From contig NC_042998.1 in assembly GCF_006345805.1 (NCBI RefSeq), forward strand, positions 41,230,001 through 41,294,000: a DNA stretch of 64,000 nucleotides, given 5' to 3'. Position numbers and translations under genes: made by a program. This document shows positions 12,721 through 26,543 of the stretch, piece by piece (position 1 is the first letter of the stretch; the number at the start of each line of letters is the position of its first letter). The stretch comes from Octopus sinensis. Lineage: Eukaryota. Below the pieces are notes generated by a model, which was not told the DNA's origin, searched no databases, and saw only the letters and a list, made by a program, of their open reading frames with translations.

Positions 12721-13640
12721 CACAATATATTGTTGTTGTTTACCTTTTACATTACAATCAGAATCTTATAGTGAAATCATGATAGATACAAGTCACTCTT
12801 AATTTCTTCGCAGCTTTCCAGTTAGTTAACTTTAATTCGTAATATTTATACTATGTATGCTGAAAGTGTTTTCTCCTTTACAATAACATTTGATCTCTGC
12901 TTATTTCAGCAGCATGATCCATATGATGTTTATTGTTTGCAGGGTATAAATTGTATGTTTTTTAGCATAAATGATGAGCCTGAACATATGCATGCACAAA
13001 CATGAATACAAAATGCACTTTGATACTTATTTCAAAATGTTTAATACTTTCAATGTTTTGGTTTTTTTTTTCGTTTTCCAACATTTGTTCAACTGGAACT
13101 CCATTTTGTTGAAGCAAATGAAATTTGTTCTCATAAACACTTAGAATATTTTGATCCCTCAGTCAGCTTCAATATTATATAAATTCTTCATTATTGGTTG
13201 TATCTGTTATTTCTGTTCATAATTTTCCTTGGGCCTATATATTCAGAGATGAAACTTGAAATTAAATTTTCAAAATTTGTTTCACTTTCATCACTTTACT
13301 AGGTGGGACATTTCATCTTTATTTGTGCATCATGATTTTTACATATATCTTTTTTTTCTTTCTATTCTTGCATGGTTTATTTAATATCAGTGATACATTT
13401 TTCATCTGTCGAGCAGTGTAAATTAAGACATTCTCTGCTGTTACCACTAGAATGTATGTAGGAAGGAAATATTAGGTCTCAAAAAAAGGCTAAAGGTTGA
13501 TAATTAAAATTAGTGATCAACCAGAAGCTAGGACTGGCTTCCTAAAGTGATAATTATTACCACCAATTTCAGACAGAGAAGAGAAACAGGGTCACTGACA
13601 GTCTTTAAATCATGTATCTATAGCTTACTAGATGACCACA

Positions 13641-13995
13641 TTATTACCTCCACCTTAGCAAAGGCGAAGGTATTGTTTTTAGTCATGTTTGTTTGTTTGC
13701 CCATGGACAAGATATCTCAAGAACCGCTGGATGGATTCAGATGAAACTTTCAGGGATGTTTGGCCTTGTGACTGATTAGAATTGGGATCATTCTGGTACT
13801 GGACAAGGATTCTGGATTATTTTTCCTTTTTTTTTTTGTCTTTTTTACTTAACTTTTGAGAGCAGTCAAGTTCATTTTTAGTATTCTCATTTGTGAGAGC
13901 TGTCGAGTTTATTTCAGATATTCTCATTTTAAAAATCATCTGTGGCTAATCGTTGAGAGGACATTGGTGTTGCCTTGGCAAAGGTTTGTGCTCTT
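13641..13995 (+). mobile_element. Helentron-associated non-autonomous element (HINE/DINE-1-like)
   Basis: It has a 5' ttattacctccacctt-agca-aaggcgaaggt hairpin, then gtttgtttgtttg and gatggattcagatgaaactt, and a 3' gccttggcaaaggtttgtgctct sub-terminal inverted match. This layout is typical of the DINE-1/HINE class. Confidence 0.6.
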
Positions 13996-14011
13996 GTTAA
14001 TTATGTAAATA

Positions 14012-14080
14012 CTCTGTGGTGTAATTGGTTATGAGGTAACTTGGCGGGTGCTGCTACATGGTTCAAACATCAAAAGTGGG
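14012..14080 (+). mobile_element. Degenerate tRNA-derived head (SINE or tRNA pseudogene)
   Basis: A-box-like tggtgtaattgg at 14017 and B-box-like ggttcaaac at 14060. No intact cloverleaf. Confidence 0.4.
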
Positions 14081-14239
14081 CCAGTTTTACTTTTCTTTCT
14101 CAAATGTATTCCAATTTTTTACATTAAACTCTAAATAGTTCATTTCATAGAGTGTTGGGAAAGAAGAAAGGAGACAGTAGAAACAAGACTTAAAGCGTTT
14201 TAGCCAATTTTTACTCTTTCTCTTGTAAATTAGTTTTTA

Positions 14240-14395
14240 TCATCATCATCGTTGTCATTTAACGTCTGTTTTCCATGCTGGCATGGGTTAGATGATTTAT
14301 CAGGGGCTGGCTTGACAGAAGACTGCACCAAGCTTCACTGTCTGTTTTGGCAGAGTGTTTACAGCTGGATGCTCTTCCTAACAGCAACCATCATA
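14240..14395 (-). mobile_element. RTE-tail SINE fragment
   Basis: catcatcatcg..tttaacgtctgttttccatgctggcatgggttagatg...gctggatgctcttcctaacagcaacc. Confidence 0.75.
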
Positions 14396-17300
14396 TGGTT
14401 TTAACTATACTAATATAGAAATAACTCTTTTGTTATCTCTTCAATGCTTTATTTAGATCAAGCTGAAACAATGTGTATCAAACAAAAACTAATATTTTGA
14501 TGTAGGACCTATCAGAAGCAGTTTAATGACTCTCGTAATCATTTAAGGAATTAAGTAATCAATAAACATGAAATTCTGTTAATTATCTTAAATTTCTTAT
14601 ATAATTGAATTAATAATTGGCATGAAGATACCCTGGTTTTTTCAATACTAATTAAAATGTTGCTAGTTTTTTCTTTCATATACACACACACACGTAAACA
14701 CTTAGCTGTTTTATCTTCTACTGTTGAAAATGCTATGAATGCACTACCTCAGTATTTCTTAGTGGTTAATTCCCTTCCGTCCTTGTCTTTAATTCATACG
14801 GTCAGAATAAAAGTAATATTTTTGCTATGATATGTTGTTGATTATCATTACCACTATCATCGTCATCATCATCATCATCATCAAACAAAGCCCACCTGCT
14901 ATCTATCATATGTTAAATATTTGGCAAAGAAACAAGATTGAAGCTATTACAGAAAATTATTCTGATTCTTCTTTACCTCATATTTTGTATTTATATTGCC
15001 AGTAGTGAGTTGTGGTAGTTTGGTGGTACTTCATTATCACTCTATTGTTAAAAAGTTAAAATAGTTTTTCTTTATAACAACCAGCATATTTAGAATCTTT
15101 CTTACATTTTATCAATCCGTTTCCATTTGGGTGCTGCTGCTCATTTGCAGTTATGAGGCTGTTAAGGGTTATGCCTTGCACTAACTGCTCACTTACAAAG
15201 CTCTCTGTCTACTCTTTACAAAGCTAATTATTTGTTGATGTGTCATCAGTATTAAGTTTGTTGTCGAGGAGGGTGGTATATGTGTGTTCTAATGTTGATT
15301 TTGTATTACTGCAATACGTCCTATTTAAGCAAAGCTTACAATGCTTACTTGTAAAAATTGAGTAGAATATATCTTTTTAACTCTCAAAATTCTTTACTTT
15401 ACCTATTATTTCTGTATGTGTGTGTGTGTGTGTTTAAGAGCAAAATATAGGGAGGGACTATTGAAGAAAAAGATTTTCATTTCTATAGTCTTGTATAATA
15501 GCATTTTGTAACATCAAAATACTGTCTTGGAGTTAAAAGTGAAAATAGCTGAATTGTGCTTAATGAGAAGATTGTTCGAAGTAGGAAAGGAATATTGCTT
15601 TTAGTAGACAAAGGCTGGTCAGTATTGGAGTGTAGATAAGACATGATAAAAAAGAAACAATTAAAGAATTGTCTATATTGAGCTAAATTGTTGTGCACTC
15701 ATCATTTGCATAATTTAATTTGTTTTATATGTTTTTGATATAAAGAGTTAGGATCATTAATTTATAAAATTATTTTTGGCATAAAAGACTGGATATTTCT
15801 GTGAAAATATTAATTTAATGCAATTTGTATTTCATTGTATAATTTGATTGAAATCAAACAAACAAAAAAGAGTTATACTTTATAGCAATATAACAAAGAA
15901 AATTTGCATCTATAACTTATAGGTGGTATTACTAAATACCTTTTATGCTATGAATATGTGCAAATTCCATTTCCTTTATAGATTAAGTTAAATATTAATT
16001 TGTAAATTAGAGACCATTTAGAGACTAATAAACACAACTTCTTATAAATAATTAACATTATTTTTAATATTTTAAACTTGTGTTTTGTTATATAACTTTT
16101 TAAAAATGTATTTCAAGCAAATATTTTGTTTGTATTGTTGGAATAAACAACCATCTGTACATAAGCTTCCAAATCAAAATGATATGAAGAGCCCATCTTG
16201 TTAAGTGAATCAATTGAAAGTAGCAGATGGAATAAAAGTATTTTGCACTACATGAAAAGCAACTGATACTGTGTCAGTGAGGTAGAATCTCCACCCATAA
16301 AAAATATCTCCTTTGAGATAGTTTCATGTATACATAAATTTCCTTCAGGTTAATAGTGAGTATTTATATAGTGTATCATACACTACTTCATTCAAGATTT
16401 TCTTGATTTTGTATTGTTAATGTTTTGAAATAGACAATATATCTTTGATATTTTTATTAACTGAGAGAGCAACTGGATCAGTTTAACATTTATATCAAAA
16501 TTCTAAATAGTTTAGTTATCCTAAACTAATTAGTTAAGAAATAGAAATTTATTCAGATCCAGCTTTCAGCCTGTAAAAGTTTGAAGCTATTCAATATATA
16601 AATTAAGGAATTTTTTAAAAAATACTCTTGCTATCAAATTAAAAATTAACAATTTTATGTGTTTTATTTAAAAACAAGGAAGACTTTAGTTATATTACTT
16701 CATTGTAATTTGCACATATTGGTAAAGTGTAGTCACTAAATGACACTACTACATTAGAGGTAAGGTCTCAGTCTCATTAAAATGTTTTAGATTAAACTTT
16801 TTTTGTTACATACGTACTTCATTTGATGTATAAACCTCAAAAAAATCATATGATAATAATCTCAATGTCTGACAATTTATTTTATGACTTGCTCAAATTA
16901 TATAACTTTTGTGTTACTCAGAATTTGATATTGTAGAAAAAGGTATTTTTTAGGCATAAAATTTTATTTCCAGTAATATTGAGTTTCATTTTCTTTGGAT
17001 CAATGACACTGCCACCTTCAGTAATGTGTAAGGAATCGCTGGTTTCTGGTGCACTGATATGAGAGTGCACTCGAAAAAATATATTATTTGTCATGTGATG
17101 TTGGTATATGTTACATGCATTTGGCATTTCTGAACATTTCAAACTCTTAAATCATTATATATTAATAAGTGCAGAAAAGTGATATTTGGCCCATGTTTCA
17201 TCACCAACCTGATCATCATCATTATCACCACCACCACCACTATGTTCAGTGTTACATATTGCCCTGTGAGACATAATTTGTGAATATTCATTCTCATGTG

Positions 17301-18629
17301 ACTTCTTGGATATGGTTGATGTTTTGTTCAAGTAGTTGAGGTAGGCTTCCTAATATATCCAAAAATTGTGAGTATTCTACTCCAAATGCAATTATTCATG
17401 TCAGCATACTTTGATGAAACCTTCCCATCAGCGATTGTTATAGATATTGAAATAATTTCATTTTTAATAAAGATCTTTGTAATAATTCCTAAATAATGAG
17501 GTTTAGTAGTGCCTGAATGATTAAAAATGTCTAAGAGATTCCTTGAACTTCCTTAATATATCTAATTAATACTTGAAAATAATAATAATAAAGAAATGCT
17601 CAATAGCTATCAAAATATATATATGGAGAGCAATGCAGTACAGTTTGAATTGACGAGTATCTGTATCATATAGAACTGAAGTTCTACTACTGTTAGATCC
17701 AATATAGCTTATCTCTCAGCTCTTTTGAAGCATTTAACATGAACTTCTGGATTAGCTGTGATGCTTAGTATCTAGTTTTGTTTCTCATAAAATAGAATAA
17801 CTTATTTAAAAAAATTTTTGGCATTCTGTCTTAAGTCAAATATTTTCTGGATTATTCTATATCTGTCTGTATCACACTGATTAATTCACTAAAGACATCT
17901 CATTTGTCAGAAATGTTATTATGGTGATATAGATTACAAAGTACATATAGAAATACTTATTTCTGGAACTTTTAGCCTCTCCACAAATTGCCATTCTGTT
18001 TCTATCAGTACAAATTACCTATTTTTATGTATCTCATTCAGCCATTGTTCTGTCTTCTAAACTTGGTTTGAACACATATTTCATGAAACAAATTCAATTT
18101 GTTACTATTTTAATCCAGACCAAAATCATATTCAGGTGGATAATTTTACTTTTCGGTTTCTTCCTCCTAAATCACTTTGACAAGAATTATGCTGACTTTT
18201 CATACTCCTTATGCTTTCTTTGTAAAGGAAAAGCAATTAATAAACATTCTTGGTTTTCTCTATGTATTTTATGTCAATAAGACTAGAGTTGAAAATACAT
18301 TATTTAATTGAATGAAGAGAAGGTAAACCTAGTAAACAATCCCATGAAATCTCTATCTTGTCAAATATATTGCCTATCTAATTTAGAATATATTGGTTAT
18401 ACATCACTTCAACCATTTTCCAATTGTCATATCTTTGTCAGAAGGAAAACATAAGTTTATTTATCAAAAGTTTTGTGAATAATTTTTTTTAATTTTAGAT
18501 CAAGTAAGGAAAAAAATAGACCAATGAGATAATACTGAATTTTTGATTTCAACAAAAATATACAAATTAAGGCAAGTAACTTGACAGCTGTTAAAGCTTC
18601 AGGTAAAATGCCTTATATTATTTGCTCTT

Positions 18630-18720
18630 GCTTTCTGCAACCTGAGTTCACATCCTATGGAGGTCAACTTTGCCTTTCATCCTTTGCATTCTGAGTTCAA
18701 ATTCTGTCTTCTATCACTGG
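18630..18720 (+). mobile_element. SINE fragment (62812 family) with a short internal duplication
   Basis: ctgagttcacatcc..ggaggtcaactttgcctttcatcctttgcattctgagttcaaattc. Confidence 0.6.
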
Positions 18721-21700
18721 CCTCCTCATGATGACCAACTGATGTTTTGGGATTGAACTAAAAGTGATAGGTGTACAATAATGATCAGAATGACATATTG
18801 ATTAGAACAATATTATTATCACATTAATTAAACAACAGACCCTGCAGAGCTGAAAAATATTATACAAAAAAAGATTTTATAAGATTTACAAACATATATA
18901 AACTCTTTCAACTTCGAAAATACAATGTTTTTAGATGCATAGTAAAGTGAAAATCAAATTTAAACAGTCTTATGATTATAATTCTTGATCAAAATCTGTT
19001 TAGCTTAGTTTTATTTTGTCAATCATTTATCTATATACTACAGTATGTAAGATGGAGAAGTTATAGATCTATGAGATTATAATGGTTATAAGTTCTAATC
19101 CTTAGACAATGGACTACTACAATTAGAAGATATAAAATTCTCTTAATCTTACAATTAGAATGTATAAAATTCTCTTAATCTTAGTCATTTGTTGTATTAC
19201 TTCAGGCTTGTTCTTTATTTTAATGTCTCTAATTTTTCAAATCATTTTAAAGCAATTGTCACAAGATAAAATTATTAAATCTAATTGTTATAAAACAAAA
19301 GGGAAAAACTTACCAAAGAAATTCTGCCTAGATATTTTATTTATTGTGGAATCTAGTATTATATATAACATTTTCTTAATTTAAATTAATGCTTTTGTAA
19401 CTAGGTTAAAATTTCTTGTGGTTTATTCTATTCCTTGCAGACACCTGCTAAATACTATTGAATATTTTTACTTATATTAATTAGGATAGGCACTAAACTT
19501 TACAGAGTTATTTTTACCAGCCTAAATTTTTATTTCATTTCCCATAAATCATTAATATTGATTCTTAACATTATCACAAGTTCAGGAATTTAAGGGAAGT
19601 CACAGTTGATTAAATCAACCATCACTACAAAACAGATACTTATTTTAATCAATCTTTTAGAAAAATAAAAGATCCCCTCCCCCAATGTAATGGGAAACTA
19701 TGTATTTCAAAATATTTTATCCAGTACTTTACAGCCATCCACCTGCTTTACATTAGCCTTTCGACCATCCCACTATCCTTACACTAAACAGTGACATTAC
19801 TGCATTTGATGGCATAAAAGATGTACAGGCATTTTAGATACACCCTAATTTCAGCAGCTCATATTCAGGATAAAAGTTTTCAATGCATTAGAGCTTATGC
19901 AGTTTTGCATATAGGATTTAGGGTGATGTTTTTAAACTTTTTTTTTTCTATGTTCATCTTACATGCTATCAAATACAATAATTTACTTTCATGTTTTCTC
20001 CAATGCAATATATTCCTAACAATATTTTCATAAATTAAACCTACAAAAGAGTTCAATTTGGAACTTAGTGTAAAAAGACCTGGTACAAAGAAGAACTAAA
20101 CCTTTTGATTCAGTTACCTGTAATTTTATCTTCATCACTGAAGATAGATACATTTATTGCTCACGTAGAATCATGAATGTTGCATAAAGTAATTTGGAGA
20201 GAATTTTTCAAAGGTGTCTCTAACTAGCTTCACCTTAGCAGAAATTCATATATAAGCCATTGCCTAGGAAAAAAATATTTAATTTTGTGTGTGTGTGTGT
20301 ATGCATAAAATAGACATGTACATGCATTTATATATTCTTTCCCTCTCTCCACTAAATATTTATTAAATATACATGTATGTATGTTAATATAATCTTTCAG
20401 TGAAGATTAGCAATAATTACTTGAAGAGTTTACTTTGCATGATTTAGAAACACTGATTAATTTAATATAATTTGATCCATTCAAGTTATATAGTTTGCAA
20501 TAGACGTAAGATTCCACCACATTTCATTTTCATTATGAAAAAACAAAGTTGCCTCATTGATATGAAATGTTAAAATGTGTGCATCATCTAACAGATTGTA
20601 CATCGTCTAACAGAATAAACTGAATATCTTCAGTTTACTTAAAATGGAATCTGCCAAAGGCATGTTTCAATTATTAGGAAAGGCATTAAATGGATTTCTC
20701 CAGACATTTTAATTCGTTGCCAGAATTTCATACATTTGAATTTTGTTTGTGTTTTTTGGTGATAATGGGTTTAGTCATGTTTTAAAGATGCTTATGTGTT
20801 ATTTATGACATGGATGACACTGCATGTCTGGTACAATGAGGAGCAAGTCAGTAGTAGTAAGACATTAGAAATATTGACCAAATTAAGAATTGTTCTTCTA
20901 TATTTGTATAGATAATTGACAGAGCCTATCTTTTCATGTCTAAATGAAGTTAAATGTTCAAAGTGAGAAGCAGTTTTAAACTCTAGGTTTCTCAAACTAG
21001 AGAATGAAAACGATGGAAATGTACAGGGATATTTAACAAATTTCTCTTAATGAAACTAGAATCAAAATGCTATAAGCTAGTGTTTCATAAAGAGGCTTCT
21101 AATAAGAATCATATATATATGTATGTATATAGTACCAAACACAATACAGAATACTAAAATACTAAACTTCATATCTTACTGAGAAAGGGTTCAGTGCAAT
21201 TACAAATGCTATCAAATTTACGTAACCAATTTGATGTCTAACAGAAGATACCTAAACTGCTAAATTGTGCATAATCCTCAAGGCTCACATTAATGGGAAT
21301 AATATATTTGGCATGTGTGTCTATGCATGTGCCTAGCTGAAATAAGATCACATTTGTATTTTTCTAGTTTAATTATTTCAAGAGACTTTATGAATTTATT
21401 CATTTAATGTATTTATTTTAGTCTTCGTTTGTCAAACTTCTTATGCTTCATAATTTTGGAAATAAAACTGCCAGAATATGCTTCTTAGGAATAATTTGAT
21501 ATCTTTTTATACTTAATCTTTTTGATTATTTGAAACCTTATAATATTATTAACTTAAGAATCTTGAGTATCCAAAGAAATGACAAAATATTAAAATAAAC
21601 AGGGTAAGAGTTTAATTACTATATTAATTCTGCTCTGTACTTCTACCAAATTATCTTCTCACTTGTTGACAGATTCAATTACCATTCAGTCACCTTCTGA

Positions 21701-22512
21701 ACCAAACCATCCTTGGTCCTCAATTCCCAGTCAGATGTAACTGCACTCATTACTCTTTTTTCTGCTTCATTGATACCTATTTCTCATCCATAATTAGTTT
21801 AAACTACACATGAGTAATTTTGTTTAATATTTCATTTGTAGATTTTACCTCATGAGGCAATTTCAAAAAGTACAAAATAAGTTTCTTCGATTTGCAGTTA
21901 CTAAGAAATTTTAATTTTCTGAAATGTATCAATTCTAGCAAAATGGAAATCTGTCTATTGATTCTAAGCAAAAACCTTTGGATTGATTTTTGATATTTTT
22001 CTTTGGAAATTCCTTTTCTCGTTGCTTTAATAAACCACTCATTGATATTAAATTCTTGTGAGATTACTTTCTTCTTTTTTTAAGTTTAATATAATTGTAT
22101 TTCTGCAAACTGTTAATATTGCTATACACATAACAGACATTGGTAACTAAACAATTTTATACTGAATTTTGATAACAAAAGCTAGAGATATATATCTATG
22201 TTCCCTTTAAGTTTCAGATAATGCAATAGATATTTCATTTACTAATATTATATGAATAAAAGTTTATCTTTCTGTTGATGTTGTTCCAATATGCACAAAC
22301 TGCTCAAAGCATCTTAAACATATTTCATTTAACATATTTCTATTTGTGTGTGTGTGAGAGAGAGAGTGTGTGTGTGTGTGTGAGTGTGAGTTTCAGTTAG
22401 TAATTTGAAATGAACTTGGAGCCTTTACTTGAAATGAAACTATATGCAAATTTGTACAGTATTTATTTTGAGATTATAAAAAACTATGATTATTGAAGGA
22501 AAATATTATCAG

Positions 22513-22700
22513 CATCATCATCATCATCGTCGTTTAGCGTCCGTTTTCCATGCTAGCATGGGTTGGACGGTTCTACTGGGGTCTGTGAAGCCAGAAGGCT
22601 TCATCAGGCCCAGTCAAATCTGGCAGTGTTTCTACGGCTGGATGCCCTTCCTAACGCCAACCACTCCGTGAGTGTAGTGGGTGCTTTTTACGTGCCACCC
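22513..22700 (-). mobile_element. Young RTE-tail SINE copy
   Basis: It has a (cat)n tail and retained CpGs. 22533-22675 matches the reverse complement of 34286-34428 with 6 mismatches (aligned by hand). Confidence 0.9.
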
Positions 22701-23887
22701 GCATATCAATTATATTTTACACCTCTGCACCAAAAATACCTTGTAGCCTAATATATAAAATACATTCTGAGATATGGAAGTATGGTTCACTTTTATTATA
22801 TAATTTTTAAAATAATTATTAATATTGCTGGAGTGAAGCAACCATGCAATTTTTGAAATCACATTCACACATTAGACTGTACTTCTTCCAATGTTCTTGA
22901 TTGATTGTGTTCTTTTTCTAGTGTCTATTGATAACAGCTGTCAAAACTCCCAGAAAGTTTTAATGCCATATGGCCATTAGTTTTCTCCATTTTATTCTTT
23001 TTGTGGTGGTGCCTATACTCCATTTATCTAGCTGCAGTTGGATGTAACCAATTAGGCATGATCTTTGTGCCATTAGCATGACATGAAGTCTTCACAACAA
23101 TGCTCTTCTCAAGACATCTTCACTTGTGAAAAGATCGAGGTTCAAAATTCTTAGGGTTTTCCTCAAGAACATTTGGTGAAAAATAACCTACTATTTTTCC
23201 TGATTTCTACAATTTTCTTCCATTTTGTGCTTGCTTGTAGTACTATTGATAGTACAGTAATATTGCAGAAGGAAGTTTTGAATGTTGGTGACCAAATAGC
23301 ATAAATATGTAATTTTTATTGCCAAAAACTATATAGTAATCCAATTAAATTTATTTATTTGATTAGAGTACATCTATATTTTAATAAATAAATAGCATAA
23401 TCATATAATTGTGATTACATTTTTACCTATGTAATGAACATGTTAAAAAAAATTGTATTCAATAAATCACAATTAGCTGTTCTGGTTTTTTTCATAACAA
23501 CTTCCTTTGAATAAGAATGACATCTATTTATTTACTAAAATTGCCTGTTCTTTTCACTTATATAATGACACTTTACTTTAACTATATAAGCCGTGTAATA
23601 GTTAGTTTGTAAAATAGCCTCAGATGGGAACAATTTAATTTTGTATTTTATAATTCATTAAGAAATCAATATGATAAAAAAATGAAAGTTTTTAAAGATC
23701 AATTTTAAAAAATTCCCAGAGATTCTTGTAGTTATATAATTTTTACTTTTTTTTTCCATCTGAATAAGAGTGCTTTTGCTTAATTTGTTTCTTCCTGGAC
23801 CCACTCATTACTAATTTGGGTTCACCTATCATTTAGAATTATCATTATTTAGCATCTGTTTCCTATGCTAGCATGTAACACAGACTC

Positions 23888-24116
23888 TTGACCCTTCAGT
23901 ATTTAAACCAGTTATATCCAGCCCAAAGATTCTACCTGTTTTATGTTCAAACTGACCAGATCTAGCCTCTCACACCTACTCTACAATGTTATTCTAAAAA
24001 ATAAACAGTCACATCATTGAAATTTCAAAGCTACAAGCTTATACTTGATTAATTTAAGATAATGTGAATAAATAAGCACTGCATTTGACAGAGAAATCTG
24101 AATGCTAAAGGGTTGG
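23888..24116. mobile_element. piggyBac-like MITE
   Basis: The termini ttga-cccttcagtatt ... aatgctaaaggg-ttgg are inverted CCC/GGG ends with degenerate TTAA-like flanks. A second copy lies at 27186. Confidence 0.7.
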
Positions 24117-24279
24117 CATTGGCAGTGGATTTTATATATAAAGATTTAATAGTATGTATTTTTGCACAGAAGTAAGAAGGTAAATGGTAAAATACATCCA
24201 TCCAATAAGGTAAATAACAGAGAATCACTGAAACAAAAGTTTTCTATTTGACTATAAACATTCTTAGTTGTGTAGTCCC

Positions 24280-24450
24280 AGCCTTGGTTATGTAGATCTG
24301 TGATAAAAACCTTTGACTCTGGCCATCCCATCTATTTTGTATGTCAGGAATGGCGATCTCTTATGCATCATTTTTTTTTTAAGGTGGTGGGGTACAATCT
24401 GATTGAGCTTTGGCTGCTGTTTCTAGCAGATTGATCCTCTACATTGTCTT
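24280..24450. repeat. Unclassified interspersed repeat (related copy ~33200-33420)
   Basis: Shared degenerate motifs 'gccatcccatct/gacgagtccatt' and 'gctgctgtttctagcag/agctatttctatcaa'. Confidence 0.35.
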
Positions 24451-24802
24451 CTTTAGTTGTTATAGTTTCTAGGTTGTATAAGAGGCATAGTAGTCATGAT
24501 CATTGTCCTCCTGTATGTCATGGAGTCTAATAATATCATCATTGTCTAATATATTAAGGGCCCCATTATACAAAGTGTTTTGTTTCATTTTGATCGACCA
24601 TGTCTCTTTGTCTATGTGCTTCAACATATATATGTGTGTACATTATATGTATATACATACATCAGGCTTCTTCAGCGCTTCCATCTTTCAGAATTTACTC
24701 TTAAGTTATTAGTCAACCTGAGACTACAGTAAAAGACACAAAGAGACCTAATCCAAAATCACATGAACTTCTGCACATCTAGGCCCTTGTGTGTGTATTT
24801 TT

Positions 24803-24941
24803 TATCTTTTACTTGTTTTAGTCATTAGTCTATGGCCATGCTGGGACATCTCCTTGAGGAAATTGTTATATCAGTTTCTTTTGCTGAAATGCTAAGTTAC
24901 AAGGACATAGGCATGCCAGCGCTGGTTGTCAAGCAGTGGTG

Positions 24942-24976
<35 letters not shown>

Positions 24977-25125
24977 GACTGGCTTCTGGCAGTTTCCATC
25001 TACCAAATCCACTCACAATGCTTTAGTTGACCCAAAACTGTAGTAGAAGACACTTGCCCAAAGTGCAACACAGTAGGACTGAACCTGGAATCATGTAGTG
25101 GGGAAGCAAACTTTTTACCACACAG
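24803..25125 (-). mobile_element. tRNA-derived SINE with an internal (CA)n(TA)n microsatellite
   Basis: The reverse complement is homologous to 38211-38684 (ccatctaccaaatccactcaca, gtagaagacacttgccca, tttacttgttttagtcatt). Confidence 0.85.
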
Positions 25126-25769
25126 TGTGTGTGTGTGTGTGCATTTCCAACCACTTTTACACGTGTTATTCATAGAAAGGAGAAATATCTGTTAAACCCC
25201 AACAACTAAATCAAGTCAAATATTTCTAGCAAAAATAATCATGAAATTAAGCTGCTATTAAGGAACTCTGAATAGAGTTATTTTAATTTTATTTATAGAA
25301 ATACACATACATTTATATAAATATAGACCACACCTGAAACACTTGTAAAAACATTTAAGATTTTCTGATTTGAAACCATACACATATACACTTAGTGCCT
25401 CAAGAAAATTCAAAGCTCAAATATATTAATTTGAAACTTTAGCATCCAGTATATGCCAGGATATATTTTTAGCATGTCATCATCATCATTTTTATATCTG
25501 ATTTCTCCGTGCTGGTAAGAGTTGGACAAGACTTCTTAAGACAATTGTCAATAGTCAGATGCTTTTTCTAATGTCAGCCCTTACTTGTTTTCAAATAAGA
25601 CACTTTATTTCTCTAGACTTCACATGTTTAAACCACCAAGTTCTGAAATATCGTTTATACAGAATATAAATGAATGTCATAGCTGTCTAAGCAGTGCTGG
25701 TGTAAAGATATGGAGACAAGTCTTTCATGCTCTCTCTCTCCCTCTTTCCTTCTCTCCTCACCCCTATGT

Positions 25770-25940
25770 TTACAATGGGTTTCTATACAGTTTCCCTCCC
25801 ACAAATTTCACCCATAAAGCATGGATCAACTTGAGGCCATAGTAGGATATACTTGCCTAAGGAGGTATCACATAGTGGGATTGAACCCCAAAACACATAG
25901 TTACTAAGTGAACTTTTTAATCACTCAGTTATGTCTGCTC
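25770..25940 (-). mobile_element. tRNA-derived SINE head, ~190 nt upstream of the exon
   Basis: cagtttccctcccacaaatttcacccataaagc..atacttgcctaagg..gggattgaaccc; a diverged 38211-family head. Confidence 0.7.
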
Positions 25941-26129
25941 CTATGATAATGACTACCTCTTTGATTAAAAATTATTTGTCATATCTTTCTATTATTATAT
26001 GTTCAAATACCTTCTTTTGAAGTCTTTGAAAAAATTCCTCTTATTATCATTGTAATTAAGGCTTTAGTCTTTTGATTATTGACTACATCCCTCTCTTAAA
26101 CTTACAAGTGTATTTTTTATTTTTTTTAG

Positions 26130-26543
26130 GCAGTTGAAGAGGAACTAAAAAGAAGACAGAGGGATGTGGATAGTTTAAACAGAAGTGGGGAAGAACTAAA
26201 AGGTAAAGAAGCTTTAGAAATCGTGGAACCTGAACTCCTAAAACTCAACAGACGATGGCAGGATCTTCGCTCCCAGAGCTTACAATGCAGACATGCTCTG
26301 GACTCAGGCACTACAGCTACAGTTGCTGCCGTTGCTTCGGAGAAAGCTATTACAAAAACTACACTAACTGCTGTCTCAAGCCACCTTTCCAAAAGCATTC
26401 TTAACTCAAAAACTTCTTCTCAGTATACAAATGAATTGAAGGAGATTCTTCGGAGTATTTCAGCTGTTCAACAACAGTTAAGTTCACAGGAGCTGACAGG
26501 AAGAGACTTTGAAGATTTTTCGAAGCAAGAAGACAAGCTAAAG
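26130..26543 (+). CDS. Internal coding exon of a spectrin-repeat protein, most likely dystrophin (rod domain)
   Basis: The acceptor is tattttttattttttttag|G at 26129/26130 and the donor is AAG|gtaaat at 26543/26544. The exon is 414 nt (138 codons), open in phase 0: AVEEELKRRQRDVDSLNRSGEELKGKEALEIVEPELLKLNRRWQDLRSQSLQCRH...QYTNELKEILRSISAVQQQLSSQELTGRDFEDFSKQEDKLK. 'L..LN.RW..L' is a spectrin-repeat helix C signature. 'L...EL.G.DFEDFSKQED.LK' resembles invertebrate dystrophins as I recall them. The exon call is strong; the dystrophin identity is less certain (nesprin or MACF not excluded). Confidence 0.85.

Noticed and set aside
16918-17142. Antisense 74-aa ORF with a GTGCAC..GTGCAC palindrome pair
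   Set aside because: No recognisable motif or splice context, and the length is expected by chance.
22563-22751. Near-identical short ORFs MDGSTGVCEA... here and at 34210-34398
   Set aside because: They are the same SINE sequence read in two copies, not a gene family.
26126-26398. 90-aa antisense ORF over the exon
   Set aside because: It is a shadow of the sense coding exon, with no independent signals.
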